Source of the DNA: Candidatus Heimdallarchaeota archaeon
GTDB lineage: Archaea > Asgardarchaeota > Heimdallarchaeia > Heimdallarchaeales > Heimdallarchaeaceae
Assembly: GCA_019057815.1 (NCBI GenBank)
Contig: JAHLWR010000010.1
Location: 1-64,000, forward strand
Direction: 5' to 3'
DNA length: 64,000 nt
Shown piece after piece: positions 60,966 through 64,000 of the stretch; position 1 is the stretch's first letter; every line of letters starts with the position of its first letter. The position numbers were made by a program, and so were the translations under genes. Below the pieces are notes generated by a model. It saw only the letters and a program-made list of their open reading frames with translations, was not told the origin of the DNA and made no database searches.

Positions 60966-62083
60966 ATGCTTCAAGTATTGATATCATAATTCCCTCATTT
61001 AGAGCGGATTCAGAATATCTAATTCCAATTTTCAATTTAGATAAACCTGAAAATGTCGAAATTAGATATTTTCTCATAATTGATAATCCAGAAATCGAAA
61101 TTTGTGAAACATTAAATGAATATTTAGAACACAAGAATGTTTGTGTTATAAAAAATGAAACAAATTTGGGAGCATCAGCTTCTAGAAACAAGGGTATTGA
61201 GGAAGGGACTGGGGATTGGTTACTATTTTTAGATGATGACATTACTGTAAATCGAGATTTATTAATTAAGTACATTAATGCGATTACAGAATCAGAAAGT
61301 AAAGTGCCTGGGTTTGTTGGAGTTACAGATTTTCTGGATCCTATTAATAGTTTCACAAAAGGTGTTAATGCAAGCGATATTCTTACATTCTTTCCTTTAG
61401 CTGAATATGAGGGAGAGATGTCTTGGGGTGTTACTGCTAATCTCCTGCTTAAAAGAGAAGCTGTCGGAAATTTTAGATTATAAGATGAAATATTCCCGAA
61501 ATTTGGAGGTGGAGAAGATATTGATTTGTGTTTAAATATTGTTCAACAAACAGGTATCAAATTCAAAACTATTCCTGAAGCTAAGGTTACTCACCCATGG
61601 TGGAATGATGGAAAGAGATCATATACACGATTCAGAAGATGGGCTTATGGTGACAGCATATTACCTAAACTTTTTCCGCAATATAAATATTATAATTTTC
61701 CCAATGTAATTGAATCTTTAATCTTGTTTGCCGTTTTAGGGATTGTCTTATCTGTCCTAAAACTTTCACCTATCCCTCTTATCTTATGTTTAGGTTCTGT
61801 AATTCTAGGTGAGATACTAATTGAATGGATGAAGATAATCAAAAACAAAAAGATATATTCACTAATCACTGCTTTAGAATCAGTATTAATTCGAACATCA
61901 AATGATCTAGGAAGAGCATTAGGGAACATCAAAAGGTTAAACTTCGCTGGATTTATGCAGAGATTTGATTATTTTTGTGATGGTAAGCACATTAAGAATG
62001 AAAGGATTTGGGCAGGATTGAAAACATTGTCTTATTCCATCTTTGCATCCATATTTGTTTATTCTTTTTGGGTATTATGTTAA
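60962..62083 (+). pseudogene. GT2 glycosyltransferase with C-terminal TM helices, interrupted by one in-frame TAA
   Basis: ORFs 60947..61483 and 61526..62083 share a frame: FLDDD..GNFRL*DEIFPKFGGGEDIDLC. Confidence 0.8.
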
Positions 62084-62097
62084 AGGAAAGATATAGT

Positions 62098-63456
62098 ATG
62101 GTAAACGGAATCATTATGTCCAACAATTCAGAGAACATATCAATTGATAAAATACTGCAAATGTACTCAGAAGCTAAAAAAACTAATGATTATCAATTCT
62201 GGATATACACAGGTTTATTAGCTGAGATTTTGAAACAATATCATTATTCTATTGATTGTTATACAAATGCATTAAAAATGCAAATTTCTCCATTTTTAAG
62301 AACTTCTTTAGCAAGAGCACAAGCAGGAGTAGGTCAGTGGGAAGGTTCGCTTAAGACTTTATTGTCACTTAGCGTTAGTGAGTTTTCTTCTGTAATAAGC
62401 AACTATAATCTTTGCTTAACTATAGGTTTCCTTCCATATAATCTACAAAGAAAAGTAACTCAACATTTCAAGGAACAAGGTTTGATTGTACTTGATGATA
62501 TTGAAAATCTTGAAAATGCTTTAGCTGTAAGAGAGGAAAAGTACATAAATCAAAAATACAGGGATAGTTCACAACTTCAGATCCAAACTTATATAAAGTT
62601 CTCCAAACTTTTGATTGGTGATTTTGATCCTAGAAGAATGACTGAATTTCTACAGATGGGTTACACAGAAAATATTGCTCAGAAGATTCTAAAAACCAAT
62701 CCCGAAGCAGTAGAAACTTCAATTCTACGGAAAGCTAAATTAAAAGAACATGATAGAGAATATCAGAAACTTGATAGATTGGATGGTTGGTTAACTCCTC
62801 TGGAAGGAAGGGTCTTAGCTGTTTTAGCAGAAAATGTTGAATATAATTCAGTAATTGTGGAAATTGGTAGTTGGAAAGGGAAATCATCTTGTTTTTTAGG
62901 AACTGGTAGTAGTATAGGGAAAAAACCCTTAGTATTCTGCATAGATCCTCATAATTGGACGGATAATGTTGAAGTAGCAAATACTTTCAGCTCTTGGACG
63001 AGTACCATTGAATATTTGAGTCTAGAAAATTTAGTAATAAATATTCGTAAAGAATCTGAACATGTAGCAAGAGATTTTAGTGAAAATGTAGGATTGCTCT
63101 TTGTAGATGGGGATCATTCTAGAGAATCTCTAATCATAGATATTGAAAACTGGCTTCCCAAACTAGAAAAAGGTGCTTATATTGCTTTTCACGATGCATA
63201 TTTTCCTGATGTTTTCGAAGTACTTCAAGAAAGAATATTCAGAAGTGAAAAATTCAGAATTGTTGATTTTGTTGAAGGATTATTAATTGTTCAATTTTCA
63301 CCCAATAGAAATTCAACAAGAACCTACTCTGAACTTGTCATCTGGCTATATTTTATTTACAAATCACAAATATTCAAAAAATTAGAAGATAAAAGAGTTT
63401 CAGAACTAGTAAATATTGCATTATCTTATAGAGAGAATCTACAAGCAGGAGTTTAG
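62098..63456 (+). CDS. TPR-like + class I SAM-dependent methyltransferase (Methyltransf_24-like)
   Basis: GWLT..EG, VEIGSWKGKS, FVDGDHS and AFHD; N-terminal TPR-like helices; start uncertain (62098 or 62116). Confidence 0.8.
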   Translation: MVNGIIMSNNSENISIDKILQMYSEAKKTNDYQFWIYTGLLAEILKQYHYSIDCYTNALKMQISPFLRTSLARAQAGVGQWEGSLKTLLSLSVSEFSSVISNYNLCLTIGFLPYNLQRKVTQHFKEQGLIVLDDIENLENALAVREEKYINQKYRDSSQLQIQTYIKFSKLLIGDFDPRRMTEFLQMGYTENIAQKILKTNPEAVETSILRKAKLKEHDREYQKLDRLDGWLTPLEGRVLAVLAENVEYNSVIVEIGSWKGKSSCFLGTGSSIGKKPLVFCIDPHNWTDNVEVANTFSSWTSTIEYLSLENLVINIRKESEHVARDFSENVGLLFVDGDHSRESLIIDIENWLPKLEKGAYIAFHDAYFPDVFEVLQERIFRSEKFRIVDFVEGLLIVQFSPNRNSTRTYSELVIWLYFIYKSQIFKKLEDKRVSELVNIALSYRENLQAGV

Positions 63457-63457
63457 A

Positions 63458-64000
63458 GTGAAAAACAAAGCAAGAATTAACAAAATAATAGAGAAAATAG
63501 AGAATAAGGGAGGATCTAAGTTAATTGTCATCCTTCGTCACTCAGATAGAGAAGAAATTTCAGATGCCAAAAAATCTTTTGACGTTCCTCTAACTGATCA
63601 AGGTAAGGCAATTGCTCGAATACTTGGAAATGAATTATCAAAGATTAATTCATATAGACTATATCATAGTGATGTACCTAGATGTAGAAATACGGCAAAA
63701 AGTATTGCAGAAGGAATTGAAGCAAGTCAAGGATCAGTCACCATCCTAGGAGAAAGAGATTATCTTGGTGGATTTTTCATTAAAGATTTTAATAGTGTTT
63801 TAGGATTAGCTAATCAAGTCACTGGACTTGAATTCATGCTTAAATGGTTTGCTGGAGAAATAGAGGAATCAGAAATCATACCCTTCAACAAAGCAACAAA
63901 TTATCTACTAAGTTCTTTATTAAATGAATCAAATGAGAATGAAAGAAGCGAAGTTGACATATACATAACTCATGATTGGAACATGATGCTACTCCTATAC
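63458..64000 (+). CDS. Histidine phosphatase family protein (runs off the window end)
   Basis: Hand translation from GTG 63458: ILRHSDR..PLTDQG..SDVPRCRNTA..ITHD; absent from the ORF track. Confidence 0.8.
   Translation, partial: MKNKARINKIIEKIENKGGSKLIVILRHSDREEISDAKKSFDVPLTDQGKAIARILGNELSKINSYRLYHSDVPRCRNTAKSIAEGIEASQGSVTILGERDYLGGFFIKDFNSVLGLANQVTGLEFMLKWFAGEIEESEIIPFNKATNYLLSSLLNESNENERSEVDIYITHDWNMMLLLY

Noticed and set aside
8569-61483. TAA recoding suggested by in-frame TAA at 8569, 27728 and 61481
   Set aside because: TAA is the normal terminator of many intact genes here; decay or sequencing error is simpler
728-62980. Many 60-160 aa ORFs antisense to or nested in long genes (e.g. 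28579..29055, 37093..37506, 60880..61356, 12950..13222)
   Set aside because: Shadow frames of well-supported genes, with F/S/L/I-rich composition and no motifs
1-64000. CRISPR array, cas operon, tRNA or rRNA
   Set aside because: No regularly spaced repeats or structured RNA genes seen by eye; the CARF protein and the Cas4-like stub alone do not make a CRISPR locus

Overview
AT-rich archaeal DNA, most likely from an Asgard (Heimdallarchaeia-like) archaeon. This is an inference from a membrane RING-H2 protein, repeated winged-helix/PCI-like tails, TATA-box promoters and GAGGTGA ribosome-binding sites. Almost the whole window is an accessory defence island with no rRNA, tRNA or CRISPR array seen. 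The left half holds a ParB-like+HEPN pair, an intact IS5-family element, a KAP NTPase, an Nmad3/nuclease/PLD cluster, an HNH nuclease, a PARIS-like AAA+DUF4435 pair, a GmrSD-like DUF262 gene, a Zn-ribbon/AAA+/Sph-type SMC operon and an orphan SAVED protein. Four same-strand copies or relics of one PD-(D/E)xK nuclease gene punctuate the island. The right half is the most striking part. A translationally coupled operon encodes a Regnase-like NYN RNase, a viperin, a UPF1/DNA2-like helicase, an unknown protein and a double-PLD nuclease. It is transcribed back-to-back, from a symmetric promoter, with a CARF-HTH regulator that heads a nucleotide-sugar tailoring operon. A second tailoring operon (epimerase, glycosyltransferases, two radical SAMs, WG-repeat protein, carbamoyltransferase, phosphatase, divergent kinase) lies on the other side. 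My leading hypothesis is a second-messenger-regulated, viperin-centred antiviral system with small-molecule or nucleic-acid tailoring. All family calls come from motifs recognised by eye; no database searches were run.
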